This document shows positions 14,055 through 26,744 of a DNA stretch of 64,000 nt, in pieces (position 1 is the first letter of the stretch; each line of letters opens with the position of its first letter). The stretch lies in the NCBI RefSeq assembly GCF_009914755.1, contig NC_060938.1; one strand, written 5' to 3'. Made by a program: the position numbers and the translations under genes. This DNA comes from the human T2T-CHM13v2.0 reference genome, Homo sapiens. The notes beneath the pieces were generated by a model. It searched no databases. It was given only the letters and a program-made list of their open reading frames with translations, and was not told the DNA's origin.

Positions 14055-14569
14055 TGAAGTTTCATCTTTCTAGTCCAGCTTAGCACAATACTTGGTGCAG
14101 GTGCGTAAGACATATGTGTTAAATTGCATACTTCCCATTTCCTGAATGGAGGTGAAATAAAGGAAACAAAAGTTAAATACATTTTTCAGGAGATACAGAA
14201 ATTTGTAACTCGCTGAAAAAGTAGCTTTTTATTAGGACTTTGCCTTTTAAATCATTACACACTTTAGTCTTTCCTCTTAAACTAAATTACTATTTATTAT
14301 TGACTTTACAGAAGAAGAAACTCGTGTCATACTTATATGACTTTTTGGACCCTGGTGACATGTGACTAATAGGTAAAAAGAACATACAATGCTGGGAGCA
14401 ATTTGTCCAGTGGCCCAATTTTATATGATGCCTCAAATGAAGTGCTGTTTATGCAATGAAGTGCGTTTCTTGCTTTGTTAGTAGTCATTGAGCCTCTGCA
14501 CACGTAAATGTGTAGGGAATGACCATTGAGAGACAAAGTGTTTGTGATGTTACCCATTTATAGGGTATA

Positions 14570-14790
14570 TCAATAGTTCACATTTACGGCACACTCCTTT
14601 GAGGCCAGGCACTTTACACACACTGTCACACCTTATCCTCACCATCACAGTATGACATTAGGACAATTATGTCTATTTGCAGATGAAACTGTGACTCATA
14701 GAGATCAGGCGATATGTCAAGATTATTCAGATAGTAAAAGGCAGGCTTGGGTTCAAAATCAGGCAGTCTGGTTTACAGAGCCTGGCCATT
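14570..14790 (-). mobile_element. MIR SINE
   Basis: Reverse MIR core (tttgcagatgaaactgtgactcatagag...gttcaaaatcaggcagtctggtttacagagcc). Confidence 0.7.
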
Positions 14791-14798
14791 TTTTAGGG

Positions 14799-15014
14799 CA
14801 GTTGTTCTCAACCAGGGGCAATTTTTCTTCTTGGGATATTTGGTAATATCAGAAGACATCATTTTGATTGTCACAACTGGGAGAGAGGGTGTTGCTGGCA
14901 TCTAGTGGTAGAGTCCAAGGATGCTGCTAAATATCTCAGAGTACACAAGACAGTCACCACAACTGAGAATTGTCCAGCCCAACATGTCAATAATGCCGAG
15001 GTTGAAAAGACCTG
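14799..15014 (+). mobile_element. MER20 (hAT-Charlie MITE)
   Basis: cagttgttctcaaccagggg start, ctggcatctagtggtagag, ggatgctgctaaa, and gccgaggttgaaaagacctg end. Confidence 0.9.
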
Positions 15015-16017
15015 TTTTATGATAATAAGCCAGGTAGAATTCATGACAATTGAGTTTATACACCAACCAGTCCTTAGCCTTTGCTGTTTTCCGCCTGTTG
15101 CATTTCTTTAAGTGTCATTTATTTTCATGGCTTTGACTATTAACTCTATAGAGATGATTTCCAAAAATCAAATACAGATGATTTCTAGAGAGAACCTCAA
15201 CCTCTCCCTCGAATTCTAGCTTCTTATTTTCAACTCTCAGGAGGCCATTTTTATTTGAATGATTTGCTGACCGTTCCAGTAAATTCAAAGTAACTGTTGC
15301 TCCTAATTTCTCCCTCTGTGGCTTTGTCCTTTTTATCCTAGATACTGTTATTCTTTTCGTTAGCCAGGAATGAAACTCTGATTTATTTCCTCTTCTCTTT
15401 TCCATAGTTCTCCTGACTTCCTCGTCTCCAATCAGTTACTGAATATGAATGACCTTTCCCTACACGGCTTTTCATAGTATATTCCTATTTTCCCTTCCAC
15501 AATGCTGACCTAGGTCTTTTTCACCTACCATGTGGTATTACTGTAATCATGTTCCAGCTAATCTTCTGACTCCATTATTTTCCTCTTTCAACATGATCCT
15601 GCACAACCACCCAGTTAATCTCCTGAACTAACTCTTTGGCCATGTATCCTTTTGTAGTGCCTTTCTGCCATTGAGTTCAGTGTGGATTGCATCTTGTGTT
15701 TAATATTCTTCAGGATTTGGCCTGCACCCTGTCATCTTCAGTTGAGCCAACTCCTTGCATTCTCTGAAGTGTACTGTGCCTATTTCTGCCTCCTTTCCTT
15801 TGCCCAGCCTGTGTTCTACAGAGGATCACCCTAGCTACTCCACACCTACACAAAAATATCATATTCTTAAGACCTGATCTTGACCATTTACCTTCACTTT
15901 AGTTCTTCCTGTTTACTGCGCCATTCACCCTGGTCCTAAGTCATATGTTCTTTCTTTGTATTTTTATTTGAATATTTTATAGGAACATACTTTGTCATCC
16001 CAACTGGACAGTTAGTT

Positions 16018-16384
16018 TTTGCAAAGGATAACTAATACATTTTCATTTTCTTTCTCAGCACCTGATATCATAACTTTTTTGAATAAAAGTCTAACTGTTT
16101 GATCTTGGTAAATGTAATCATTTTGAGAGTTTATCATGTATAAAATGATAAAAGTTGTAATGTTGCTGTTCTACAAAGCCTATTAATATTTTACCAATTT
16201 GCAAAGGAGAACTAATACATTTTTCATTTTCTTTCCCAGCACCTAATGTCATAGCTTTTTTGAATAAAAGTCTAACTGTTTGATCTTGGTAAGGTAAAAT
16301 GTAATCATTTTGATGGTTTATAATGTATAAAATGATAAAAAATGTTATGTTACTCTTCTACAAAGCATATTAATATTTTCCCAA
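16018..16384 (+). repeat. Tandem duplication, 2 x ~180-187 bp
   Basis: 16018-16197 and 16198-16384 align at roughly 90% identity by eye. Confidence 0.95.
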
Positions 16385-18256
16385 TTTGAAAGATAATCCA
16401 TAATCTGTCGAGTTTCTAGAGAATACATGAAAATACTAAAACTAAAGTGGATAGAGTTTATGTGAGTATTATATTCAGAATCAGTATTAGGGGATTACCA
16501 AAATCGTTACTTAAACCAAGATAAACAAAATTAAAGAACATACGATTTGGTGGAATAGAAAATTGTAAGTTTAAGGGCAGTGGCTAAAACTGGAATAATT
16601 TATGTTCTATAAGGGGAATGGCTAAATAAAATTAAAAACACATTTTTAATGTTATTGATAGAAAATTAACCCATAAAAATTGGTGCATTGGTCATTATTT
16701 AGACTAATCTGTTAAAGTTGATTATCGCACAATCATATTTTCTCTTAGATAAAAGATTTATGATACTTAGTAAAAATGGAGCAGAGATTTCACCATTATA
16801 TTATATAATTATAATTTCAGTGAATCAACTGCAAATTCATCAAAGGCTATTTACATTCTGCTTCACTTAAATTTTCCAGTTTTATTTTCCAGAATTTTTC
16901 TTTACACTGTGCCCTGCACTCCAACTAGACTGAATGAACTACCACTACTTTCTTCCCATGATTTCCCATATCTACTTCCTCTGTTATTTCTTCTACCCAG
17001 ACTGCCCTTCCCAATAGTTTTCTCTGTGTCTACACACCTTCCTGACACCACTCAAATATCATCTCCACCACCAACTTGCCTTGATCCCTAGAAATAATCA
17101 GACCCTTTTCTGAACACCCTTAACCATTTATTACTATTTTGTGGCACTTATTTCACGCCCACATCCAATCTGTGTGAATGGGCATGACATAACTTTTCTA
17201 CCAAACAATATTTCTTTGGGGAAAGAATTGTCTCCAGTTATCTTTTTTTCCCTGATCCTAGGCAAGCAAGGCCATTGCAATTGCCGCACAAAGGGTGGAA
17301 ATTGAGCTGGTTTCAAAGACCAGATTCGGAAACTTGAATTCATTTTCTCTGTTTGGTTTCTTCTTTCATACTTGCTTTTCCCACTTGGCTGGAGCTGGGG
17401 CCTAGGTAGATTCAGGCTTACATATAGCCATATGAACAGAAGGGAAAGAAAAGGTTTTTTTTTTCTGCCAAAACTTTTCTATTTTAGAAAAATAGGGAAG
17501 GGCTTTGTTAACTGTGACTTGGGGCATGTGCTCATTTCTGGAGCAATAACTGCAGCCAACAGAATATGGTAAAATAATTCGCTCAATCTGGGCTGAGATA
17601 CACTCCTTAAAGTCAAGGACTCCTGTCTGTTACCGAAGTAGGGAAAACAGTGCTGGGCAGACAAAGAAACTACCCCATAAAAGTAGAAGATATCTTTCAG
17701 AGTCTCAACACATATAATTATTGGCAGTTTCTTTAATTATTTTTTTCTATTTATTTACTATTGAAATTGGATTGCATATTAAATTTTGGATTTAGTTTTC
17801 TTACTTATCATTATAGTCAGCTTTGTTGCATGGTCTTATACATTCTTCTTAACATGTGTGGTGCTCTTCATAAACATATGAGGTGCTTTGGAATAGTATC
17901 TCCTGAACACGTCAAGATATCACCAGGAAACAAATTTGACTTTAGGTCACATGGCCACTTTTCTGTCTCCATCACACCGGTTTTCTAGCTGGTCAGAGTG
18001 GGGATAGAGTCTAAAGGGGAAATTAAGTATCATGTGAGCTTTGAATTATGTAATGTTAACAAATGTTTAACATTACTATTTTCTAGAGTGGATTTTTGTA
18101 GGAACACTTTCCAACTTGTATGCATGTTTCCCATTCCACATAGAGTTCAAAATGTGACTACTTACAGACTGCTTTCCAGTTAGTATATTTAAGATAAAGA
18201 AGCCTACATTACACACCTTAAGAATGTAGGCCATGTCTACATAATAAGAAGAACAT

Positions 18257-18737
18257 ATTTTTTAACTTTTAAGTCCAGGGGCATAAGTGTAAGTTTGTTA
18301 TGTAGGTAAACTTGTGTCATGGGGGTTTGTTGTACCGATTATTTTATCACCCAGATATTAAGCCTAATACCCATTAATTATTTTTTCTGATTCTCTTCCT
18401 CCTCCCACCCTCCACCCTCTGAAAGGACCCAGTGTGTGTTCTTCCCCTCTATGTGTCCATGCGTTCTCATCATTTAACTCCCACTTATAAGAGAGAACAT
18501 GTGGTATTTGGTTTTCTGTTCCTGCATTAGTTTGCTAAGGATAATGGCCTCCAGCTCCACCCATGTCCCTGCAAAAGACAAGATCTTGTTCTTTTTTTAT
18601 GGCTGCATAGTATTCCATGGTGTATATGTACCACATTTTCCTTATCCATTCTATCATTGATGGACATTTAGGTTGATTCCATGTCTTTGTTATTGTGAAC
18701 AGTGCTGCAGTGAACGTAAGTGTGCATCTGTCTTTTG
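18257..18737 (-). mobile_element. L1PA (older, ~L1PA13-16) 5'-truncated 3' end
   Basis: L1 3'UTR and ORF2 end (ggctgcatagtattccatggtgtatatgtaccacattttc); degenerate TSD ataagaa(g/at)aacat. Confidence 0.9.
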
Positions 18738-19170
18738 ATAAGAAATAACATCATACATGCAAACAGCTGCTAGCATGTCTTTGTTAACACTTTTTGTGGC
18801 TTAACATCTTTACTAATATTTATGATTAAATTCAATCCTCTTATTTATTTCCCATTATAGAAACAAGTAGTGTAGAGTTGTACGAGACTCCTGAATTTAT
18901 TTAGTCCAATGTTTCAAGCTTTTCAGAGGTTTATTTTACAAACCCATAGTAGTCAGTCATGATACTTTGGTTTAAATACATCTGATCCTATCTTCATCTT
19001 GCTATGGGGAACTTTCTGTCTCACCAGTCAGCTTTTTCCATTGTTAGGTATTTCTGATTGTTGGAACTTCCTCCTCCCACCAGTCTTTTTCAGAATCTAC
19101 TGTCAAATCTGTTCTCATAGCAATTATAATTTTTCTTTCAGAATTATAATTTTAAAAATTTGCACATTTC

Positions 19171-20448
19171 TGAGAGGTCTTCAAAAAGTTCCTGGAAAAT
19201 GTGCATTATGAAAAAAACTGGGCATCACTTAAAAAAATTTCACCAAGATAAACTTGTACTAACTTCTTGTAACATGTCTGAACAGGATCTAGTTTGAGAC
19301 ACTAAGAAGGATAAGACATTGGTTTGAATAGAGGCCCTATCAGAGCAACATGAATTCTATTAAAATTGCAGCAAGAACAAACATCAAATTTATGGTGAGG
19401 CTTGGGTAGAAGAATGGTGAGATCATTGATTCTTTATGAAAAGAATGGGGACAATGCCCCAAAGAAATTAGCAGTTTATAAGTAGAAAACTCATTTTAAG
19501 GAGGAACAAGAAGATCTTAAAGATGAAGCCTACTATGGCAGACCATCCACATCCACTTGTGAAGAAAACATTCATCTTGTTCATTTCCTAATTGAAAAGC
19601 CTAGGTTATTAACAGCGGAAACAGTAGCTAACACCACAGACATCTCAACTGGTTCAGCCTACACAATTCTTACTGAAAAATTTAAGTTGAGCACACTTTC
19701 TAGTTGATGGGTGCCAAAACCGTCGTACCTAGATCAGCTGCAGACAAAAGCAGAACTTTCAATGAAAATTTTAAACAAGCGGGATCAAAATCCTAAAACA
19801 TTTCTTAGAAGAGTTGTGACAGGAGATGAAACATGGCTTTACCAGCATGTACCATCCTGAAGACAAAGTACAATCAAAGCAATGGCTACCAAGAGCAGGA
19901 AGTGGTCCAATCAAAGCAAAAGCAGACTGGTCAAGAGCAAAGGTCATTGCAACAGTTTTTTGGGCTGCTCAAGGCATTTTGCTTGTTGACTTTCTGAACG
20001 TCCAAATAAGAATAGCATCTGCTAATTTAGTACAGTGTTTTGAGAAAGCCAAATTTTTAGCAGAAAAATGCCCAAGAAAGCTTCAATAGCAAGATCTTTT
20101 TCATTATGACAATGTTCCTTCTTGTTCTTCTCATCAAACAAGGGCAATTATGTGAGAGTTTTGGTGGCAAATTATTAAGCATTCACCTTGCCATCCTGAT
20201 TTGACTTCTTCTGACTTCTTATTGTTTCCTTGTCTTAAAAAAATCTTTAAAGGGAATCCATTTTTTTCAATTAATAATGTAGAAGAGATTACATTGATAT
20301 GGTTAAATTCCCAGGACCCTCAATTCTTTAGGGATAGACTAAATGGCTGGTATCATCTCTGACAAAAGTGTCTTGCACTTGATGGAACTTATGTTGAGAA
20401 CAAAGTGTGTATTTTTAATTTTTATCTACTTGCCCATGAAGTTCATGG
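19171..20448 (+). mobile_element. HSMAR2 mariner, near full-length fossil
   Basis: Left TIR gaggtcttcaaaaagttcctggaaaatg; ATG at 19350 (MNSIKIAARTNIKFMV...); WVPK, VTGDETW, HYDN, HSP.HPDL..SD and DGTYVE motifs; right TIR damaged. Confidence 0.93.
19350..20402 (+). pseudogene. Hsmar2 DD34D transposase pseudogene
   Basis: TAG at codon 20 plus later frameshifts; ORF 19826-20089 (PEDKVQSKQWLPRAGSGPIKAKADWSRAKVIATVFW.AQGILLVDFL) is the mariner catalytic region. Confidence 0.9.
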
Positions 20449-21079
20449 AGTGCTTTTAGATCTGTCTTTTTCTCTGTCTGTTTATCTATCTATTTATCTG
20501 TCAATCTGTCTACACACCCATGCATCTACTATCCACCTACCTACCAATCATTTATTCATATAAATTTGTTTAAACACCTGGAAAAATGATTATATCTCCC
20601 TCTTGCCTTCTCTTTACGTATTGCTAACTATACTCAGATATTTGAGTCATTCTTAGTATGATAGTTTTCTTACTGTTGTCCATTCCTGTCTTATTTTTTA
20701 ATGTTCTGGTTCTTTTAGAAATATGTTATCCAAAGTAAACCCACTGTTCTTGCTGTAGGAGAGAGTTCACTGGGCCTTTCCATGCTGTGGTGTGGACTTT
20801 TACTTCCATTGTAGATATAGCAGAAAGAGCTCAGTGACCGAGAGCCTGACTGCTTGGATTTATACTCTGCCTCCACCTCTCACTGGCAATGTAGCTTTGG
20901 GCAAGTCACATATCCTCTGTATATAATTTTTCTCATTTGTGGGGTGCAGATATAAGTGGTGGCTATCTTGGAGGGTTGCAAAGAAGAGCACTTCCTTGGC
21001 CAATAGTGTGCCCTCTGTCATGAATATTTCCCTGCTATCATTGTAACTTAACTTTTGTTGCTATTTTAACAACCAAATC

Positions 21080-21460
21080 ATGACTATTTGTTATCACTTC
21101 TGGGCCTTTAAAGTTGCTGCTTTTCCCACCTAGAGCATTTTCCCCCAAGATAGTCACAGGGCTGGCAACCTCTAATCTTTTAGCAGCTTGAATGTCATTC
21201 CTCAAAAAAGCCTCCCTGACTGCTGGTTCTGCCCTTGCCCTGGTCACTCTCTAGCCCTGGGCTTTATTTCATTTTCTTTATGGATCCTATCACCATCTGA
21301 AATTCTTCACTAATTTGCTTGATTATTAGCTTTCTCCCTCTGCTGAAATGTAACACATGTGAGACCAGAGCCTCCTTAGTCTCATTTACCAATGTTAACA
21401 GCAACCAGAATCGTGCCTAGCATATAGCAAGTGCACCAGAAACTTTGTTGAAAAAATGTT
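21080..21460 (+). mobile_element. L2 3' end
   Basis: Ends with agaatcgtgcctagcatatagcaagtgcaccagaaactttgttgaa, the L2 3' terminus; boundaries approximate. Confidence 0.7.
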
Positions 21461-21689
21461 TTGGGTCCATGAAAACTTCCAAACATGTTTCAGATGTTCA
21501 GATGACTTTTTCTTTTTAACTTGCTCTCCTCCACCCCATATCAATGCAATGGATATTTGAAAACTAAATCCAGAACCTGAATTTATCCTCAATAAATTTG
21601 ACTTTTCATATTCCATTCAGAGTTCTGGTATTCCTATATTGTTTTCAATTTAATGCTAGACTTTATATTAATTAAGATAATTTTATGGT

Positions 21690-21912
21690 AACAATAACAT
21701 TATGCATGCATTGAGTGTTTGCTACATATGAAGCACTTATAAATTTTTACATATAATCTCATTTAATTTTTAAAACAACCCTATGAAATACATAACATTT
21801 TTATTCCCATTTTTATAAATGAGAAAGCTGAGGTACAATGAGGGCTGGTAATTGGGCAAAGTCCCACAGCTAGTAAGTTATAGAGTTGGGATTTGAACCC
21901 AGGCCTTCAGAT
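21690..21912 (-). mobile_element. MIR SINE
   Basis: attcccatttttataaatgagaaagctgagg...cacagctagtaag...gggatttgaacccagg. Confidence 0.8.
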
Positions 21913-22536
21913 ATCATCAACTGAATAATTCATCAGTGTCATGAGGAATTTTCTGAACTTTGTATGACTTGAAACTTTGTGATGTTTTGTCTGTATCTAT
22001 ATACAAGTCATGATAAGATGCCTCATAATAATACCAAGCCTCTGTGATATTCCAGTACTTTTTATTCTGGTTACTACTGAACCAAGAATTATTATATTTT
22101 AGTCATATTGTCAATGAGTTCACTACCCACAGAGCTGAGGACATAAGGCTGCTGTGGAAAAGGGAGTAAACACTTATTAAAAGCCAGGATAGGCAATGTG
22201 GCATTCCTGTAAAGCACTAATTAGTATTTTCAGCAGAAATATGTTTTACCAAACCTATTTTGCTGTCATTTGAAAGCATGTTATTTTCTGCATGTTCACA
22301 TTTCACCTTGCTTCCCAGAGTGTTTACAGCAACTTGCCACAGTAACACATACTAAAATAATGGTATGATACACAAGTAAGAATAAAAAATGTGATCTAGA
22401 GAAAAATAAGAGTTAAACACAAGACCCTAGGGTGGAGGATGGTCTGAGAGAGAGATAAATATTTAGGCCTTAAGGAACCACACACAGTTCCCCTGGTTGA
22501 GCCACAAATTGGTATGTTTTTTTCCTTATGTACAGG

Positions 22537-22868
22537 TTTTTTTTTTATTATACTTTAAGTTTTAGGGTACATGTGCACAACGTGCAGGTTTGTTACATAT
22601 GTATACATGTGCCATGTTGGTGTGCTGCACCCATTAACTCGTCATTTAGCATTAGGTATATCTCCTAATGCTATCCCTCCCCCTGCCCCCCATCCCACAA
22701 CAGTCCCCGGTGTGTGATGTTCCCCTTCCTGTGTCCATGTGTTCTCATTGTTCAATTCCCACCTATGAGTGAGAACATGTGGTGTTTGGTTTTTTGTTCT
22801 TGCGATAGTTTGCTGAGAATGATGGTTTCCAGCTTCATCCATGTCCCTACAAAGGACATGAACTCATC
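22537..22868 (-). mobile_element. L1PA (~L1PA3-5) 5'-truncated, ~330 bp
   Basis: Near-consensus young L1 3'UTR; 20-bp TSD acaaattggtat(g/t)ttttttt at 22504-22523 and 22916-22935. Confidence 0.95.
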
Positions 22869-22968
22869 TCTATTCTTTTATTAGCCACCAGGAAGCTTTA
22901 AAAAAAATACCCAGAACAAATTGGTATTTTTTTTTAAAGCTTCCTGGTGGCTAACAAAAGAATAGAGA
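22867..22968. repeat. ~45-bp inverted repeat with 11-nt loop
   Basis: 22867-22911 versus reverse complement of 22923-22968: one substitution and one homopolymer indel. Confidence 0.97.
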
Positions 22969-23816
22969 AGCAATCAGTTCTTACTGTCAGTTAGAAAAAG
23001 CTATCCCAGTTATTCAAGAGAAACACAGTATAGCTTGAGACTATATGTCTCCATAGGCCTTTTTGTAAGAAGTATTCAGTGATATAATTTCCCCTATAGC
23101 AGACCTACAATGAACTGCTTAGTTTCATGTCACTGCTGCTCATATTGTCCTTTGCTAAAAGCTGAGAATATGACACTAAAACGAGATTCAAGGAAAGAAA
23201 ATCTGTAAAGGATGGAAAACGCAGATAGTATGTTCAAAAGGTTAGATAGAACTTGGAGGATCATTTATTCTTCTTACATCCTCCATAAATACATAGCTTA
23301 CCTGGGATTTTGAATAAATGTGGGCAGCAGACCATTCAAAGTAAGATTATCTGGAAAGTGCTTGGAGTTTCTGAGTGGTTTGCTGTTGGATCCATTTGTT
23401 TTAGAAAATGAATGAGAATACATGGAGGATTATAGCCTTTTCTGGAAATTAAGGACCTAACCAAGTTTTTTGTTTTTTGAATTAAAGGGCCCTGTCCATA
23501 TCTATATATAAGTGAGAAACTGACTTTATTGGATGTCTCTAGTGTTTATTCATTCCTTGTTCCTTCGTTTATTCCTTCAACAAATATTTATTCAGCCCCT
23601 ACTATGCCCTAGATACCTAAGCTATAGCAGTGAAAAAGACAGGTATGATCTCTCCTTCAATAGAGTATACATTTTAAGAGGCAAGGCAAACACTAAACAA
23701 GATACTAATTATACAGTTACAATCTTGATAAGATCTACTAAAGACAAGTACAGGTCGGAAAGTAAGCACAAAAATGAGAAACTCAATTCCATTTTTACAG
23801 CTTCCTTACATTATAG

Positions 23817-24191
<375 letters not shown>

Positions 24192-24842
24192 ACCTCTAAG
24201 ATATTAACAGCCTTCTAATCACTAAATCCAATGTCCTCTTCTAATCTTTAGAAATGTTCATATTCGTTGGCATGGGAATATAACCATGAGGTTTAAAGTT
24301 TCTGCTTGTGCCTTTGTTTGTAGCAGATAAAATCTTTTGTTTAAAAGAAATAAAGCCTACTTGAAGTCCATAAAGAGAAAACAGATGAAATCTGGACTGC
24401 TTTGTTTGGAGATGCCTCATGGGAAGGTGGGAGCTCTGGCTTTCCCCACACTTGGTAATCTCAGGATCGTCTTTTCTTGATCCCCATGGTGCTAGTTTGG
24501 AAGCCACTATTCTAGAATTCTCATTATTATCAGCTATTTATGTATTGGCTCCCTGGCAGCCCTAAAGACTCTGCCTGGACTGACACATCCCAGTCCTATT
24601 CCCAGTTCTGTGCCGGAGTCTCTGAACACTTCTTGAACTGATCTGAGCCAAGAAAGAAACTTGGACATCTTTGGATTTGTGAAATCCAAACTGGACCCTC
24701 TTCATTTGCTGTGATTTCCCACCCATGATTACAGTTCACACTCTACTTACTACCAGGTCTCCAACCAACACCTCATTTATTAGTCCATCTCCTGTGTGTG
24801 CATGGATTGGTGAGGGAAATTAGAAGGAAAGGAAGATGATTG

Positions 24843-25500
24843 CATCCATCAATTGAATCAATGTATTCTGGGCTCCAAATATGTGCTAAGCATTGTCCAA
24901 GGAAGCTGAGGGTATAACTATGAACAAAAGAAACAAAAATACCTGCACTCTTGGAACATACATTCTAATGGAGGATATAGACAGTAAATACATCAGAAAT
25001 TAAAATTGTATAACAGGTGGTGATAAGTTCGTTGGGGAGAAAATAACCAAAGAAAAAGGATAGGGTATGTCAGGGTGAGGAGGACCAAGGTTTACTACTT
25101 TAACGAATGATGTAAAAGATTGCCTGAGTGAGAAGGTGGCATTTGAGGAAAGATGGGTAGGAATGAGTGATACAGGTGTCTGCAGGAAAAGCATTGCAAA
25201 CAGAGGAAGCAGAAAGTATAATGGAGCTTAGTTAGGAGCCTGGTATGTTTGAGAAACAACAAAGAGGTCGTGTGGCTAAAGCAAAGTAAGAGATGAGACT
25301 AGAAAAGTGGCAGAGGAGCAGATCCTGAATTGTCCTGTAGGCCATTTTGAGGACTTTGGGTTCTACTCTCAGGAATAACTGGGAAGAAGAGTGACACGAT
25401 CTGTCTTCAGTTTTGAAAAGATCACCCTGGCTACTGTGTGGAAAATGGAATGAAGGGGGCAACGGGAGGTGCAGGAACATCATTTGGGAGTGGTTGACAC
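24843..25500 (-). mobile_element. L2a fragment
   Basis: Reverse L2 3' end and body (gcattgcaaacagaggaa; aagatcaccctggctactgtgtgg); boundaries approximate. Confidence 0.75.
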
Positions 25501-25956
25501 AAAACAAGCAAGCAATAAGGGGAAGGAGGGGGGATAATTTGTTCAAGTAAGCCTCTTTCTCTGTTCCATTTGATTGGAACAAATGGTACAACTTAGCAGA
25601 ATGTCCAGTAATAGAGGAGAAAGCAAATAAAAATTCAAAGATATTGAGATAGTACCTGAGTGGTAATTTAATTAATGGAAAAGGAAATCTCAGAAAGAGA
25701 TGTTTTTGCCTAAGGGCTAGTTGTGAAAGATGACCCTGAGGCTCAATAAATTGCCTTCCATTGTCAGTGGTATGTGCGTGTGTAGATAATTAAAGAGGTG
25801 AGAATAAAAATAGAGGGAAAAGTCAAGGATTGAGTTTTCAATTTTAGAGTTTCTATATATGGAGTACTGTGTGGTTTATAAAACACTGGTATTTAATATA
25901 TTTTATTACTATATAAATGAATGAACTACGTTTCCCAAACATCTTTCTACGTGTGA

Positions 25957-25990
<34 letters not shown>

Positions 25991-26433
25991 ACACAGAAAA
26001 AAAACAAGCAAGCAAACAAAAACAGAGGGAACAAGAGTTTAGAGAAGTCAAAGAAATAGTATTCAATTTTCTGTTTAGTACCATTTATTCAGTGTTCAGT
26101 GTCAATGAGGTTATGAGAAATATTCTAGATACTGGAGATACAAATATAAATGAAACACAGTTCTTGCCCTTAAGAAGCCCACAGTCAAATGGAAAATATA
26201 TAGAAATAAATAGCACTGTAATGTGATAGGCAGACAGGATTGCTTAATTCTCACTGAAAGATTCAGATCAGAGTTACCCTCTGTGCAGCTTCTTGATGGA
26301 TGATGGGGAGGGCCAGCATCTGGGGTTGGAGAAAAGAAAGGTGGGTCTCAGGGAAGAAATTCCATGTGCCAAGATACAGAGGGGTAAAATTATGTGGCCT
26401 TTTCAGTATATGAAAGCAGTGATTCACAGAACT

Positions 26434-26695
26434 TAGATGATACACCTTGACAAGATACTCAAGACTCCCAAGACAAGACACTCAAGAGAGTGTCTTGAAA
26501 ATAGAGTCTTTAAGGAGTAATTCAATTAAAATTATGGCATTAGTGCAGACTGTAATTCAATACGACTGGTGTCTTTGTAAGAAGAGAATGTCCCTATAAG
26601 AAGATACTCAAGAATTCCAAGATAAGACACTCTTGTGTCTTGGGAGAAATTCTCATCTTGGGAGTCTTGAGTGTCTTGTCCAGGTGTATCATCTA
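26434..26695. repeat. Complex insert bounded by 40-bp inverted repeats
   Basis: 26434-26473 versus reverse complement of 26656-26695 match 38/40; interior has repeated caagacactc motifs and an MLT1 fragment. Confidence 0.9.
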
Positions 26696-26744
26696 GTACA
26701 GAAAATAGCTCAAAAATTGTGATAGCCTTGAGAATATATTTTAC

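Noticed and set aside
22642-22842. Near-identical 66-aa ORFs at 22642 (-) and 45282 (+)
   Set aside because: Both are the same alternative frame of the L1 ORF2 end and 3'UTR; the similar truncation points are probably coincidental.
23296-23455. Possible minus-strand exon (donor CAG|GTAAG near 23300); similar isolated donors near 10015, 12285 and 57238
   Set aside because: Isolated splice-like words with weak partner sites and no coherent reading frame; expected by chance.
26451-26680. CRISPR-like recurrence of caagacactcaaga
   Set aside because: Copies are irregularly spaced, in both orientations and of variable length; no cas genes; mammalian context.
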